From assembly GCA_030141605.1 (NCBI GenBank), contig JAQGDQ010000397.1, positions 124,001 to 188,000 of the forward strand: 64,000 nt of DNA, in the 5' to 3' direction. Positions 1 through 13,704 of the stretch are shown one piece after another (position 1 is the first letter of the stretch; each line of letters begins with the position of its first letter). The stretch comes from Tubiluchus corallicola. Taxonomy: Eukaryota > Animalia > Priapulida. The position numbers were made by a program, and so were the translations under genes. The notes beneath the pieces were generated by a model that saw nothing but the letters and a program-made list of their open reading frames with translations, had not been told where the DNA came from and ran no database searches.

Positions 1-1711
1 TGAGTGCACTGGGAATAAGTGGGTGTGCTCTATTATTTTTGTTGGATGTTAATGCTTGTCATAAAATATCACACTGGGAGATAGGGAATCTGATATTTTG
101 TTTTAATTGAAAAGACAACTTTCAATATATTTATAAAGCAAACACAGAGAGAAGAACTCGTTTTTGTTCTTATGATACTAAAAGGGTGGTACTGCGTAAT
201 AATGATTGTTGTTTAGACGGAGCAAGTTTTAAAGAAGTGCTTAGTCATTTGAATGAATTCAAATTCTGTTATTGATTTTAAGCATGGATGGATGAATTGA
301 CTCGTGTATTGTGAAGCAAAGAAAAATATTTTCCGACACTTAAGATTCTTATTCAAATTAAAGAAACTTGAACACCTGGCCAGGAAAATATGCCAAGGAA
401 AAGCTTATAGAAAAATTGAATTGCTCATTCAATATGAAAATAAATCAGCGCTAAAGCTATTTTTATTCCTAAATATATTTCATATTTTAAAATTGAGTTT
501 AAAATGGATGAATGAGATTCCTGCACATTCTGACGTAAAGAAGATTATTTTTCATCATTTTAAAATTTGTCTGAAACGATAAAATATTATTAAAACATGT
601 GTTATTTCAAGGAAGAAACAATTTTGCTACAGATTGTTTTTTTGTTGACAAAGCCACATATTCTTTAGGAAGGGCTTGATACTAGAGTTAAACGTAATTT
701 CTATTTGCTCTTGTAAAATCCATAGCAACCACAATTTCGCGTGGATGCTAAGTGTTTTGTAGAGACGCAACAAAAAACTATGGCTGACTTTAACAGAATT
801 TTTTTCAAAATTACTGTTTTAGATGAGTAATTAGCTTGCACCATTTTTAGCCTACACCTCAACTTCAACATGGGTTATCTCAGCTTAGGAATAGCATAGA
901 GCTACGAGCTTGGTATCAAAATGATCCTCATGGAATGGAAATTCAGAATATGTGAATAGCTGGAAAAGCTTCATTGCCGAATTGTGGGGAAATTTTCAAT
1001 GCAAGCACACACAGTGAATTTACTGTTTGGGGTATTTCCACTGTGTGAAACAAACACATTTCTGTTTACAAAACATATATACAATTCAAAGATATATGTA
1101 AATACACAATTACAAATACAATCAATTAGCAAAACGTTTAGCAGACTTTATGCAGTTCTGCAAAAAATTGAAGAAAATGCCACTGGATTGATGACCCGGA
1201 GCCGGATTCCAAAAAAACTCTAACGAACTAACCGTAACTCTATCACTGTTTAAATGGCTATGGCTGGTGTTTTTGTAAAACAGGAAAAGGCTAATAGTAG
1301 AAATTTAATAAGTAGAGTTAGTATTTTTCAGTGTAATTAATTATCTGCTAGGTCTTTTATATAGTCAAAATTTTTGAGATAACATAGCAGTGTTTTTCTT
1401 TCTGGCAGCACCATATGTTTACCTTACCAAACAAGAAGTGGTCCAAACATCAAAATTAATTGCAGCCAGCAGCTCTGTAAAGTCATTTTTGAAACGATTT
1501 GCTAAAGAAATTTCGTAGTTTGAGGACATTCTGTGTGGCAGGAACTTGAGCTGTTTAAAATAAGTGATTAAAGTTAAAAATTTTTGAAGATGAAAGTTTA
1601 CAAGATTGAGCAAGTGAAGATGAACACTGTAACATTGCTGTGCCATCCAACGTACTCATCGTTGAAGTGCCACATATGCATTATTGATCTGTGTGTTAAA
1701 TTTAAGTGAAC

Positions 1712-1941
<230 letters not shown>

Positions 1942-2774
1942 TGAACACCATGATCCAACATTGCCATTTGGTATTGTTTTATTTTCATATCTCCATCACA
2001 TTAGCTATTTCAGGAGCATTTTTCATGTCAATGTTTACTGTTTTGGCACTAGGGTATTACTAAGATCAAGGTCTGACGAGAGAGGGGCGTGGGGGTCAGT
2101 GACCCATGACACAGGTGTTTTGGGGGGCTTAAAGAAGATTAAGGACACAACCAGGGTTTTATTTAGCTAGTTCTGTTAAAAAGTTTTTTATTCATAAAGT
2201 CTGGCCTGGGATAAAAACCAAAGCTGATTTTTAATTGCGAGCGGGAAAGCTTCATTATGCCAATAAATGTCAATTACAATTTCAAATTACTCGGCTTTTC
2301 GTCAATTTTCGAATGAGTTTAATTTCAGCTAAAAGCAGTAAAAATAGGAGTAGCCCAACGAGAAATTTAAAGCAATAAATCACACTGAAAGGTGAAAATA
2401 TTTTACCTAAACATGTAGGTCTGTGTAGAGCATGATAGAGCATGATAGAGGGTAATTTACACAAGATGTTAAAATGTGGGAAAATATTATTCTTTTCTTC
2501 AGAGCCACTTTAACCCTGCTCAAAATCAATAACAGAACTTGAATAAAACAGAATGTAAAGATTCTTTTATTAACGTTCCTGAGCACTTTCAGATTTGGCA
2601 ACTGAGATGTTAGAACATTGTACAGACGCGACATATAATACTTTTGTCACAAATTCTGTCACTGCAGCAGAATGTCACCAGCTTTGTCATCACATAGTAA
2701 ACTATAACGAACATCTTTCCAGGACAGACGAGTTGAAGTCTATGGACAACTCATTTTTCATATTATTAAGACAT

Positions 2775-3805
2775 CTAATCTACATAATATAATGTATAGT
2801 TCAAAAGCTTGATTACAATTTCACAGTCATGCATATTTTCAATAGCTTTGACAGTTTTATTGGACATCACCTTTGTCCATCGTTTTGCAGTTTCTTGTGG
2901 GTTCTCCCTGTACTGAAGCCAACGGTTTTCTTGTTTATGCTTGGTAACAGTTCCGGCACCTAAATTTTCCCTCATCCACTTATAAACATCAGGGTGTATA
3001 GGTATGTCAAGGTGACTATAAAGTTTCTCAGCCAATTCCACAGGCCTGTTAACTATGTCTTCGTATCGCAGCATTAAATAGGAGGTTGGGTGCAAGTTTT
3101 GAAGGTATCCCATCCCATATTTTACATCAACAAGCAATTCCCTACAAAGTCTGCTTGCATCTCTTACTAATTTGTTGTGCTGTAACCTGTCATCACCACC
3201 CTCGTTATTCCATGATCTAACCATTGCTCGAGGATCTCTCACTAAATGAACTATTTTTATATCTAATTCTGCACTGCGAAACATTGCTGAAGCTTCCTCT
3301 AAAGTCATTCGTATAACTTTTGCTACAAAATATTTATAACTTTTACAGATTTGGTCATAGTGAAATGCCATATTGTTAAAAAGGTGACCAATAGATGGTT
3401 TACTGCAGTTAGTGGAGTGATCAACTGATATATCTTCTGGTATGTACTCTCGACAATTTGTGTATTTCCATACTGCACGTGATCGAGCTAAAGCTTTCTT
3501 GTGATAGGCATAATTTGCCTGGGGGTACAGGGGGTCTACCCTGCACATAAGTGCATTTAATGCAATGCGATTTTTTAGTTTCGATCTTGATATTGCATCT
3601 TTTGCCAACTTCGTGATGTTCATCTGGTGATGCAGTTTTGGGTTAACCCTTCTAGGCATAAAGTCCGCTATTTTGTTTTTCCAAAACACTGAGTGTAAAG
3701 GCTCATATACGTAGAAGACATCTGGGTGGTTGTTAAACAATTCTCCTGTCATTGAAGAACCAGATCGATAACGCGCAAGAAGCAGCACCGCCTTTTTCCG
3801 CGTGC
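2775..3805 (-). CDS. Carbohydrate sulfotransferase, CHST1-7 type (Gal/GlcNAc/GalNAc 6-O-sulfotransferase family), catalytic exon
   Basis: Open frame 2775..3851. Motifs: 5'-PSB 'YRSGSSMTGELFNNHPDVFYVYEP', 'AKVIR', 3'-PB 'KIVHLVRDPRAMVRS', 'YLMLRYEDIV'. The ORF-track start is a TTG. An acceptor 'cattattccag|gc' puts the exon start at 3805 (phase 1). The upstream TM exon was not located with confidence. Confidence 0.9.
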
Positions 3806-4450
3806 CTGGAATAATGTAACAACTAGTGTAAACAGTTACAAAAGCTGGCAATTAGCCACAATTCTGACACGAGTGTTAAACATTTATCTGCAAATTTAGC
3901 TAAAACTACTAGTTTGTCTGGTTCTGATCTGTCATTGGGTGCTCTGTCAGTCTTTGGGTGGTCTGACTAGTGTCTATAGTTTACTGAAGACCATACCACA
4001 GACAGACCAACCACTGCTCAGAACCCAGACAGATCAGGCAAAGACCTGACCTCCGAACAAACGTCTCAGGAAACGAGACACGATAGCATTATCTAACGAC
4101 CTTGGTTGCCTTGTTCAGTCTATGTTAGCTTGGTCCATATTAATGACTGAACACACAACCGTTTTCTATGAATGAGTAATTTTTAAGTTGTATTTCGTAG
4201 CGTTTTGTCTGATTGTCTTCGAATAGCTACCAAGATTCTCATTCAGATCGGACTACCACCTATATATATATCCTATATAATTCGTGAGCTTTCAATACTG
4301 TAGTGAGTTATACTGACATAGAAGCTATAAGCGGACACCACTTATCTACGAAGCTCCTTCCTGAGAATAACATCCTCAAATCATAAGGAAAATCTCTTTA
4401 TTTGGTAATGAAATAAAACGTTTTTTTAATAGTTTGTGTTTCTAGGCTTT

Positions 4451-5528
4451 TGTGACGGCCCTTCCTAAAGCGCACGTTGAGGGTTCTGTGTTATTTCCCT
4501 AAGGCGTAACGTCGTCACTGTTGTGATGTAAAATTTAGTAGAAGTTGACAATCTCTAGTAGTCTAAATAAACTGGGCATTAAATTCAATTGCTTTATTTA
4601 ATTACAAATATAATATGCATGAAAAAAACAACTGTGCACAGATCATTGAAGCAAAACTGTACAAGTATATACGAGGCATACAAGCATACCGGTACCGGGT
4701 TTAACACGACGGAGTTCCAGTCCTGGCATCGACTGCATCACCATTCCATTTCCATTCCATGACGATGGTTTCATCACAAGACTTTGTAAACATATGTGCA
4801 ACATTCCATTCCATGCGTTATCGATTCATACCACACCATCCGTTATTCGATTCCACCAAGTTCCGACAGCCGCTGGCAGCTCACCTCACGGATCGCCACC
4901 CCTTCGCCTCACCACTGACACGATAGCTACAACTTCCTCGTGAGTCTGGCTTGCTCGACTCCGTCTGCCAACTTGTTGGGAGTCTCACCAATACAAGCCT
5001 AGATTAAGTTCCGTATTCCATGGACCATATTAACAAGCCGTTCCTACTCCGTTTATATCATTTGAGGAAGTTCCACAATAGTATAAATCAAAACATCTCA
5101 ATCAATCTCTTTAGAGATGTTCGAACTGAGCAGTGTGGGCAGACTTTAGAAGTGCCTGCCACACGCAACGATACGCTCAAAAACCAAGTATCAACTGTAT
5201 AGCTAGATCGAGAAATTCATTTTTCCACGACCTGCATTTTTAAAATAACCAAAGAGAGGCAAGTATGCGTTAAACATAACTAGGTTACCTGTGCCGATTT
5301 CACAACTGTACATATGCAAAACTAAACTGCTTCATCTCTTCCCCTCGTAAGGAAGTATTTTAAATTCAAATAACTCAGTACTATAATATCGCAACATATT
5401 AATATTAATCTAATTGTTAAGAATAAAAATAAAACAGTGTTTATTTGGCTTGCGCAGGCATTCAAAATAAAGGATCAAGCTTGGACAGTAGTACGTCCGA
5501 TAGTGCACGAAGATAGGGCGCTATCACA
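4451..5528. mobile_element. Probable solo LTR (about 1.08 kb)
   Basis: Starts TGTGACGGCCCT and ends AGGGCGCTATCACA (TG...CA with short imperfect inverted termini). Flanks GCTTT / GCCTT match at 4 of 5 positions, a possible TSD. No coding capacity seen. Confidence 0.45.
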
Positions 5529-7084
5529 GCCTTATATGTAAACATTGTATCTAGTGTGTACAAATACATATTACCAAACGGAGTTAGGGCATTTACAGTT
5601 ATGGTGCAGTAGGTCTTGTTACTTTATTAATATGCTAGAGTAACTATATTTCAAGTAAACTTTTTGTGGTAATAATTATGCGCATATTTTAAGCAGCAGT
5701 TCTTGGGACTTTCCGGATCACAAAATACACATAATGTAAAAATCAGCAGTAAAACAGTTGTTTGTGTCCGAAAATAAAACCACAATTTTGTACTGCCGTC
5801 AAAAGAGATTTTTGTGTCTCTTTTGTAAGTTTAGTCAGTTAGTACTTACGCAGTTAGTACTTAATTAAACTCTTTTGTTGGTATTAATCAGTACATATCA
5901 GTTTACTTGCAATGAAATTTTTCATTTTAGTTCACATAACAGGCCCCACCACAATTACTGAATGGATATGTTCAACTGACAAAAACGGCAGTGACGTAGT
6001 CAAGAAATGCACCTAAAATTTCGTAGAAATGTGAAATTGCTTTACCTCGTAACTTTAAATTTAAGAAAACTGTGCCTAGGTTTTACATAATTTAACTAAA
6101 AATGACTGGAGTTTTCGAAAAATTGCTTGTAGTTTATGGTAATGAATGATGATATCGTGAGAACCCATACTTATCTATTTATTAAAAGATGAAAAAATTG
6201 ATAAAAATATGATTACATAATTATTACATTTTGATTTAAGGTGCGATAAAAATGACAACAAATCATAATGCTAGAAGTACTCAAAGTATATAGAGTCACA
6301 TAAATGGGTGTAAATCTGTACTGAAGACATTAGAGCATCGAGCATATACGTTGATCTTATTACATTGCTATAAACGGTCTCATATTTAATTTAAAACGAC
6401 AATGATAATGACTATAAAAAAGGTAAAGTTAATAGAGGTTAATAGAACTGTCACATTATTAAAGCAGTAAATTTCTTTTAATATTCGAAAAGTAATAATA
6501 AATCCTGTATAAGAACCAAAGCAATACTATATTAGAAAGTTTTGTACTTTCAGTGGGATTAAAGCATATATATATAGATACTTCAATACATAGAATAGGA
6601 AAGCTTGTTACGTTTGTGACACAGACACCAAAAGCAAAAATCCAGTTTTTATACTGACGAATAGGGAAATACGCCAGTTTACTGAAAGACGTGCGATTAA
6701 AGGACAAACACTGCAAGTTTTTGTAATCTAGTCATTATCGGTGTTTGTTACTTACCAACGTTTTTGTCAAACTTTAATAGGTTATCACCCTCGGAACCTG
6801 ATTTCAGTTGCCAGATGTTAATACAAAATATAGTAAATACGCACAAAGCTAAAACGCGGAATCGACTTGGTTTTACCATTGAGAATTTTAGACTACAGTT
6901 TTAGTAATAAAACAGAATCATATATTGCGAGCGATAGAAAAGTGGAAGTCTTACGTGGTCTATTTACACGTTTTTGACACAAGAGTCAGTCGCATGCATA
7001 TTGAACGCAAGGGTGAATATCGCTTTACACATGCCTTTTCCAGGGTAATGGTCAAACTTACTTTTTTCCAGCTGGTCAGCTGCC

Positions 7085-7815
7085 AAGATTTTTTTCGAAA
7101 ATATTGGAAAACGTTGTTTACAATAAAATATAATGTTATTTGGTTCATCAAAACATAATAATTAATAAGCAATTTGGTTTTCTTTAAAACTGCTTAACCG
7201 AATTGGCTTTCATAACATTATAACGAGTACAATTAAATGCATTTAACAAAATAAAGTAGCAGTAGGAATATTTTGTGACCTCTCTAAAGCCTTGATATGG
7301 TTAATCAATAAAATACTTCTTGCCAAACTACATCATTACGGTCTTAAAGGGGTAGCAAATTCATGGATATCTCTAGTTATCTTCCTGGGAGGACACAGGT
7401 GGTCAGATATAACGATGACATTTCAAATGAAGCTTCTATAACCCATGGGACACCAAAAGGCCCAATTTTAGGTCCCCTGCTTGTTTTAATATATATAAAT
7501 GACAAAATATTCTTTAGATAGTCCAAATCTGTTCCGGTTTGGAATATGATACGAGCCTATTCTTTGACTTAAATAAGAGTGACAATTTAACATCAATCGT
7601 TAATTCCAAAAAATGCTATTTGGTTCAAACAATACCCCAATTGAAATCATCCAGGAAATGAAATTTTTGGGAATCATTCGAAACGAACATGGATTGGAAA
7701 CTGCACTAGATATAATCAAAAGTGAAATTTCAAAAAAAGTAGGTTCTTGCAGGACAAAAATTGCTTTACTAATTTACATCTAATAACCTTATACAATTGT
7801 TTAATATTACTGTAA
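7085..7815 (+). pseudogene. Decayed non-LTR (LINE, CR1/L2-like) reverse transcriptase fragment
   Basis: Broken translation FFSKILENVVYNK..KQFGF..VGIFCDLSKA-DMVN-KILLAKLHHYGLKG..GTPKGPILGPLLVLIYIND..MKFLGII, with frameshifts and stops. Confidence 0.8.
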
Positions 7816-7839
7816 CATGACGGAATTTTGGTCTGACTT

Positions 7840-8776
7840 CAAAAAAATTATGCAAATTGTTTAAACTCTAGGGAGATCGTTACCTGATAAATTGTTAATA
7901 GGCAGCCTAGTGATTACTGGATATAACTTCTGTGTCCAATCACCAAATGTAAATTAACTCCAAACAGTAAATAATTACTATACAGAAATCAACAGTTTTG
8001 TACGTTTATTGAAATTAAAGCTGCGTTCACATAATAAAATTTAAAGGAAGTAAATGACAGTGAAATTTGTTGTATGATAGCAAAATAAAACTTTAATACA
8101 TTGACAAAACGGTTTTCTAATCAGAATTACAATTTAAAGCAATATAGAGGGTATGCACAAAGTAAAGCCCCATTCCCAAGGTAATGAAGGGATAGTAAGA
8201 AGGCAGGTTAGTGGGAGGCACCATAGACTGTATTTCACCAGCAGGTCTGTGTCTTTTTACTAGCAAGTCCCAAGCTTCACTTCAAGAAGTTAATGATAGA
8301 CGTGTGGCAAACAGTTAATGTTCCTCCAGATATTAGAAAATGCAGTAATGATACGTCTTACCGGCACTTTCGGTTCTGCACAGAACAAGTCTGACTCTGC
8401 ATAAATCAACACTATGGCAAATGACTGTCTGTCCCATAACAAAATATGGGTTTGACACCTCAGATTGACGGATATAGGATAGTTGACTTTGACTGAGGGT
8501 CTAGTCTACCAACAACACCAGCTACAGCTACACCAATCTAACCATCGTCGGCTCCAAAATCACTTTCATGTTCTTACGAACATTTATTCACTGCTTTTTA
8601 TTAATATGGCTGCTTTACCATCCAAACATAAGCAGCTATATAGTAATTATTTACTGTTTGGAGTTAATTCACATTTGGTGATTGGACATTGAGATTATAT
8701 CTAGTAATCACTAGGCTGCCTAGTAACAATTAATCAGATAACGATCTCCGTAGAGTTTAACAATTTACATATTTTG
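7840..8776. mobile_element. Non-autonomous TIR element (MITE-like) with terminal inverted repeats of about 135 bp
   Basis: 7845-7980 (aaattgtttaaactctagggagatcgtta...ccaaacagtaaataattacta) is the reverse complement of 8641-8775 (tagtaattatttactgtttgg...tagagtttaacaattt) with few mismatches. No internal ORF. Confidence 0.75.
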
Positions 8777-8785
8777 TTCCCAAGC

Positions 8786-10505
8786 ATTCTAGAGGTCTCA
8801 TCGCCAGAGCAATGGAAGTATGTCCCTTCTGAGGAAAATGCAGCTGACGACCTATCTCAAGGATTAAGTGCTTATACACTGTTAGGGTCGAAACGCTGAA
8901 AATTCAGACCTAGGTTCATGATGCTACCAGAAGATGAATGACCTCGAATTGATATGACTACGCAGGAGGATTTATTACAAGGTGACAAAGAAGAGAAACA
9001 CTCTCCAGTTGTTAATACCATAACAGCGATGACAATGAATGACACACAGCATAATATCATAAATGATTTGATGAATCGTTATTTTTTGTTCTACAGGTTG
9101 AAGAAATGTGTTGCATGGTTTCTTCGATTCAAAACAGTGTTAAAGAACATAGTTGCCAAAGGAACTTGAGTTTTTCCAATAAACTGACTGTTGCAGAACC
9201 GGGCTGTGTAGAAGAAGAAATAATCAAGTGTGGGCAGAAAAAGAGAGTTTGTCCAAAGAATATAAAGACTTAAGCACTAGTCAGAACGTTATTAAGTCTA
9301 GTTGTCTGGTGAAACTTGATCGATTCCTATGTGAAAAGCAACATATTCGTGTAGGTAGACGAATAAGGCATGCTGATGTCAACTGCAATGTTAGGCATCC
9401 AATTGTTTTACCAAAAGGACATAAATTATCACGTTTAGTCATCCAAGATTTCCACACTATGCATGGACATGTCGGCAAACAGCGTGTAATGTCTTTGATC
9501 CGCCAGAAATTTGGAATGCTTGGTATGGTGCGCAAGCTTTTAGCTGAGTGCAGACAATGTAGACTGGATAGAGCAATGCCACTGCATCGAAAGATGGCTG
9601 ACTTGTCTGTAGACTGAATGCCAAGCTCTTAAGTGTTTGATACTGTGGGTACTGATTGCTATGGTCCAATTATGGTAAAACGTGGTCGCTCAGAAGTAAA
9701 ACGTTACAGCATCCTTTTTACATGAAGGGCTAGAAGGGCAGAAGCATCCTCTGTAGGGCAGAAGCATCCATCTTGAAATCTTGTTCACGATGACAACTGA
9801 TTCGTTCATAAAAGCGCTAGATATGTTTTGCTCCAGAAGAGGTAAACCTGACAAACTAATATCTGATTGTGGAAGTAATTTTCTGGGAGCAGACAAAGAG
9901 TTCCAAAAGTCTGTAGAATCTTGGAACACCAATGTTGTCACAGAAAACTTACTTCAGAAACATATTGATTGGGACTTTTGTCCTCCATGGGCATCTCATG
10001 TGGGAGGAGCTTGGAAACGCTAATTAAAAATGTTAAAAAAGTTCTGCACTCAGTGGCTCAAGAGCAGGTACTTGATGATGAGGGTTTGAGCACCTTATTC
10101 TGTATTGTCGAGAACATCATCAACAAAAGGCCTCTAACCACAGCATCTGATGATCCGAATGATTATGATTCTTTAACACCTAACCACTTCCTTCTGATGG
10201 GTAGAAATGCTCCTCCAATACTTCCACTGGGTCAGTTTTCTGCAGCAGATGTGTATAGAAAAAAGTGGCGACAGATTAGAAAGACAATATCTTTCTAATG
10301 TATTTTGGAATCGCTGGAAATTAGAGTATTTGCCAATGCTCCAAAAACGTTCGAAATGGCACAAAGAAAATAAGAATCTTAAAGAGGATGACGTCGTTCT
10401 GATTATGGATACAACTCCAATGAACTGTTGGCTGCTTGGACGTGTTGCGAAAACCAATGTTAGTAAGGATGGTCTGGTGAGGAGTGTCATCTTGAAGCCT
10501 AAAGA
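8786..10505 (+). mobile_element. BEL/Pao LTR retrotransposon pol remnant (RNase H end plus integrase), inactivated
   Basis: QWKYVPSEENAADDLSQG; HHCC zinc finger (HPIVLPKGH..H..HGHVG..CRQC); integrase core (SDCGSNFLGA, PPWASHVGGAWKR, INKRPLT, LTPNHFLLMG, FWNRWKLEYLPML, DGLVRSV). Multiple stops and frameshifts. Confidence 0.92.
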
Positions 10506-10529
10506 GGGGTTTCTTCTGCCCGCTATCAT

Positions 10530-10690
10530 TATTTCTTTTCCTCTTTTTCTCTCTTTCTCTCTTCTCACTTTCAGTCCCTTCTCCGCCATCTCTCTCTTTC
10601 CCTCCCATTTCCCTTTCTCCCTCTCTCACATTCTCTCTCCCTCTCATTCTCTTTTCTTTGCATCACTCTCCATCTTCCATTTTTTCTATT
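10530..10690. repeat. CT-rich low-complexity tract
   Basis: Polypyrimidine tract that truncates the BEL integrase. Confidence 0.85.
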
Positions 10691-10939
10691 TCTGCTGTCC
10701 AGCATCTCAGCATAATGACTAATGAATATTAGAAATCAAAATTATTTAAAACGATGCAAATGTTCAAGGGTCAGTCTTGTTTTTCCATTTGTTTTATAAA
10801 AACATTCTGTTTTGAAACTTTCCTGTAAAAACTTCTGTTTTACCTTATAAATACTCATAAAATACTTTCTCAAAGTAATGTATTGCAATATGATAATTTT
10901 TTTTTATTTTCATAGGATTTTAAATAAAGCTTAATAAAA

Positions 10940-11050
10940 ATAATGTTAATGATGATGATGAAGAAGAAGAAGAAGAAGATGATGATGATGATGATGATGA
11001 TAATAATAATAATAATAATAATAACAATGCAAATAATAATGATGATGATG
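10940..11050. repeat. Compound trinucleotide microsatellite (GAT/GAA/AAT)n
   Basis: Directly visible. Confidence 0.95.
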
Positions 11051-12662
11051 AAAAAATGGAAAACTGAGGGTTTGCACACTACATAGATTTGAGATTATTT
11101 TGACGTCAAAATCCTAGTTCTTTATATTCTTAAGACTATCCTTTGAAATGAAACTGAACTGGCAGAGATGTCACAGTCACATGCTGATGCATGTACATCT
11201 GCTCTAAATAAAGAGAAACAAACAAAGTAATCACAATAATATAAAATGCCTAAAAGCGAAATTCCTAAGCTGTCACCCAATAAAGTCAACAGATTCAGCA
11301 TTTCTTAACGTTGGTAGCCAATCATATGCAGTGATCTCTCGCTATGGCGTATTTGAAAAGATCAATATGATTCGCTACCTTATCGTTCTGATGTTGCCTT
11401 TCTTGTCGCACCAAGCTTACAAAACGTTTTTTCATTAGTTTCCCATAAACTCATATTCCCATAAATCAATACATTAATTTGCTAGTTAAAACAAACAACT
11501 TTTTATTGCGTATTATCTAACTGCTTCATTACATCTGCGAAAAAGTCTGGAAAACAGTAATTCTTCGAAAAGCCTTTTCAGGATAATGAGTTTACTCCAT
11601 TTAAAAGCTGGCAGTCATTGAACAGCAAAAAGATTTAGATTTGATAATGAGATATATGCCAACCCAATCAAAGTCATGGCCGTGAAGATAATGAAGTTTT
11701 AAAAATGTATTTAATCTGATTCCACATGTTCAAACAGCAAAAGTGTGCAAAGGTTTCATATTCCGTGGCTTCTCATGGTTTCATATGCGCAATTCATTGG
11801 TTTAGTAAAAAACCGTACATTCAAACAGGAATTTCATCTCATGTAAAGATTTCTTAAGCACATGTGATAAATTTCATACAGCAAACATGGGAATAGGTCA
11901 CACAATCTATGAGTGCACAAGATTTCATATGCATAATTTCAAATCTTTGGCTTAATTTCACGCAAAAGAACGCGTGTAAAGATTTCACAAGCTGTGAGTG
12001 TGCAAAGCTTTACATGAACAATTGCATAGGTTTGGTCTAATTTCACATACCAAAATTAAACACAAAGTCAGGAAGGTTCATACCACGACGAAATACATAC
12101 GCACAATGTACGTTAGCAGTTCTATTTCATAATTTTTTAGGTGTCACCGGTTCACTGTTTTGACTAATTTAAAAAACTAGATATGGGTATCATATTGAGA
12201 AATAAACTTAATGGCTGCCCTACTTATATTATTTTGTTAATTATTTTCATTTCGTTGTTCTTTTTTTCTAAGGAGACTCTCTGTCTATATTCTTACTTGA
12301 AATACTTCTTATTTTTTGTGAATAAGAAACAATTCTAAACTGTTTACTAACAGGATTCATCATTCATATTCATGCATACACATACACACACAAACACACA
12401 TCTGTGTGGTGGCATTGTAACGGCAGTGGTAGCAATAGCAACAGCAGTAAGTGTAATGGCAATATCAGTGACAGACTTCCTGAAACTGCAATAACAATGG
12501 TGGCAATGGCAAACAACAATGAAAATGTATATAAAAAAATAACGTCAAATGCATAGTGTCACTGTTGTTGTCATCATCATCAACGTCAACGCCATTAAAC
12601 CAACCATTATCATAATCAAACAATAAGATTTTAAATGGAACAACTCTTGAAACGAGGCAATG

Positions 12663-13704
12663 CTAAAATTTCCACAAATTGTGCCATTGCTGAAGTTGAA
12701 GTTCTTCAGTGAAGAACAGCTCTGTTTTCAGGATGTCGGCACAGAAATCTGGGGCTCCTCTTCGAAGTTTGTATGTACATATGGCTGAGGTTGAAGGCTT
12801 GAAACGCGGGTCAAGAACTTCAGAGGAGCAGTTATTTAGAACACATGAGCTTTCTGCTGAATGAATATGAAAAATTAAGCTTTTCAAATCTTTTGACATT
12901 TTGTCTCTGCCATAGTTTTTCACCTTTTTATTAAAATCACTTAAAATTGTTCTGTAGAATAATGTATCCCATTCACTCCATTGTTCCACTATGCGATTTT
13001 GCCAATTTGAGAGCATTGTCTTCTTTGACGGTTTTCGTACGTTTGTTTTAAACACTATAACATCTTTCCAATCCCAACAAAGTAGGTTTTTCAGAAGAAC
13101 TAGTGACTCGTCAAATCTCTCAGCTATCATTATTAAATCAAACTTATTCCGTATTTTTTTTATGAGTTTCAGAGCTGCAGCGGTGTTATTATAATCTCTT
13201 GTCTGTAATCCAAACATTCGAAGCATACCATTGCGTAATTTATAAATGTTCTTTGCACGAGTACCACGTGCAGAGTAGCTTGATGGACCACGTAAAAATG
13301 TTGCGATATCAACGCCAAAATGCTTTTCATAACCACCATAACTGTAAACAGACTCTAACCATGAGGCAGGCTGACGTAAAATTGATAAAAACTTTGCTTT
13401 TGGCATTAGCGTCTCAACTTTGTCTATATGTAGTATTGTATGGTGACAGAACACATTGTAGACATTCCTTGGATGGGGTATAAGCATGCTTTTGTCAAAT
13501 TCTTTATTTACGCCAACGAGGTTTCCTTTACGAGGAAGTGCAAAGGACAGGTTGTTATATTTACCATATCTCATGAATATGTTTTGAAGAGCACTGCTGG
13601 CACATTTAGGAGTTTTTAAAAAGAAGAGATCTTTAACTGGTTGGCAAATTGATGACGAGACAGAGTCTGACTTCCCTGACGAAGGTTTGTCTCGTCTATA
13701 AATC
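12663..13704 (-). CDS. Galactose-3-O-sulfotransferase family (GAL3ST-like), catalytic exon
   Basis: The frame continues 43 codons upstream of the ORF-track ATG (13574): IYRRDKPSSGKSDSVSSSICQPVKDLFFLKTPKCASSALQNIFMRYG (5'-PSB). It then reads NVFCHH, ILRQPASWLESVYSY (3'-PB), LRNGML, FDLIMIAERFDESLVLLKNLLCW, WSEWDTLFY. Acceptor 'ctttttgcag|g' at 13704. The first (TM) exon is uncertain. Confidence 0.9.

Noticed and set aside
5289-5305. Possible 17-nt micro-exon for the 6-O-sulfotransferase
   Set aside because: It is phase-compatible but lies inside the putative solo LTR and needs a weak upstream donor, so it cannot be supported without transcripts.
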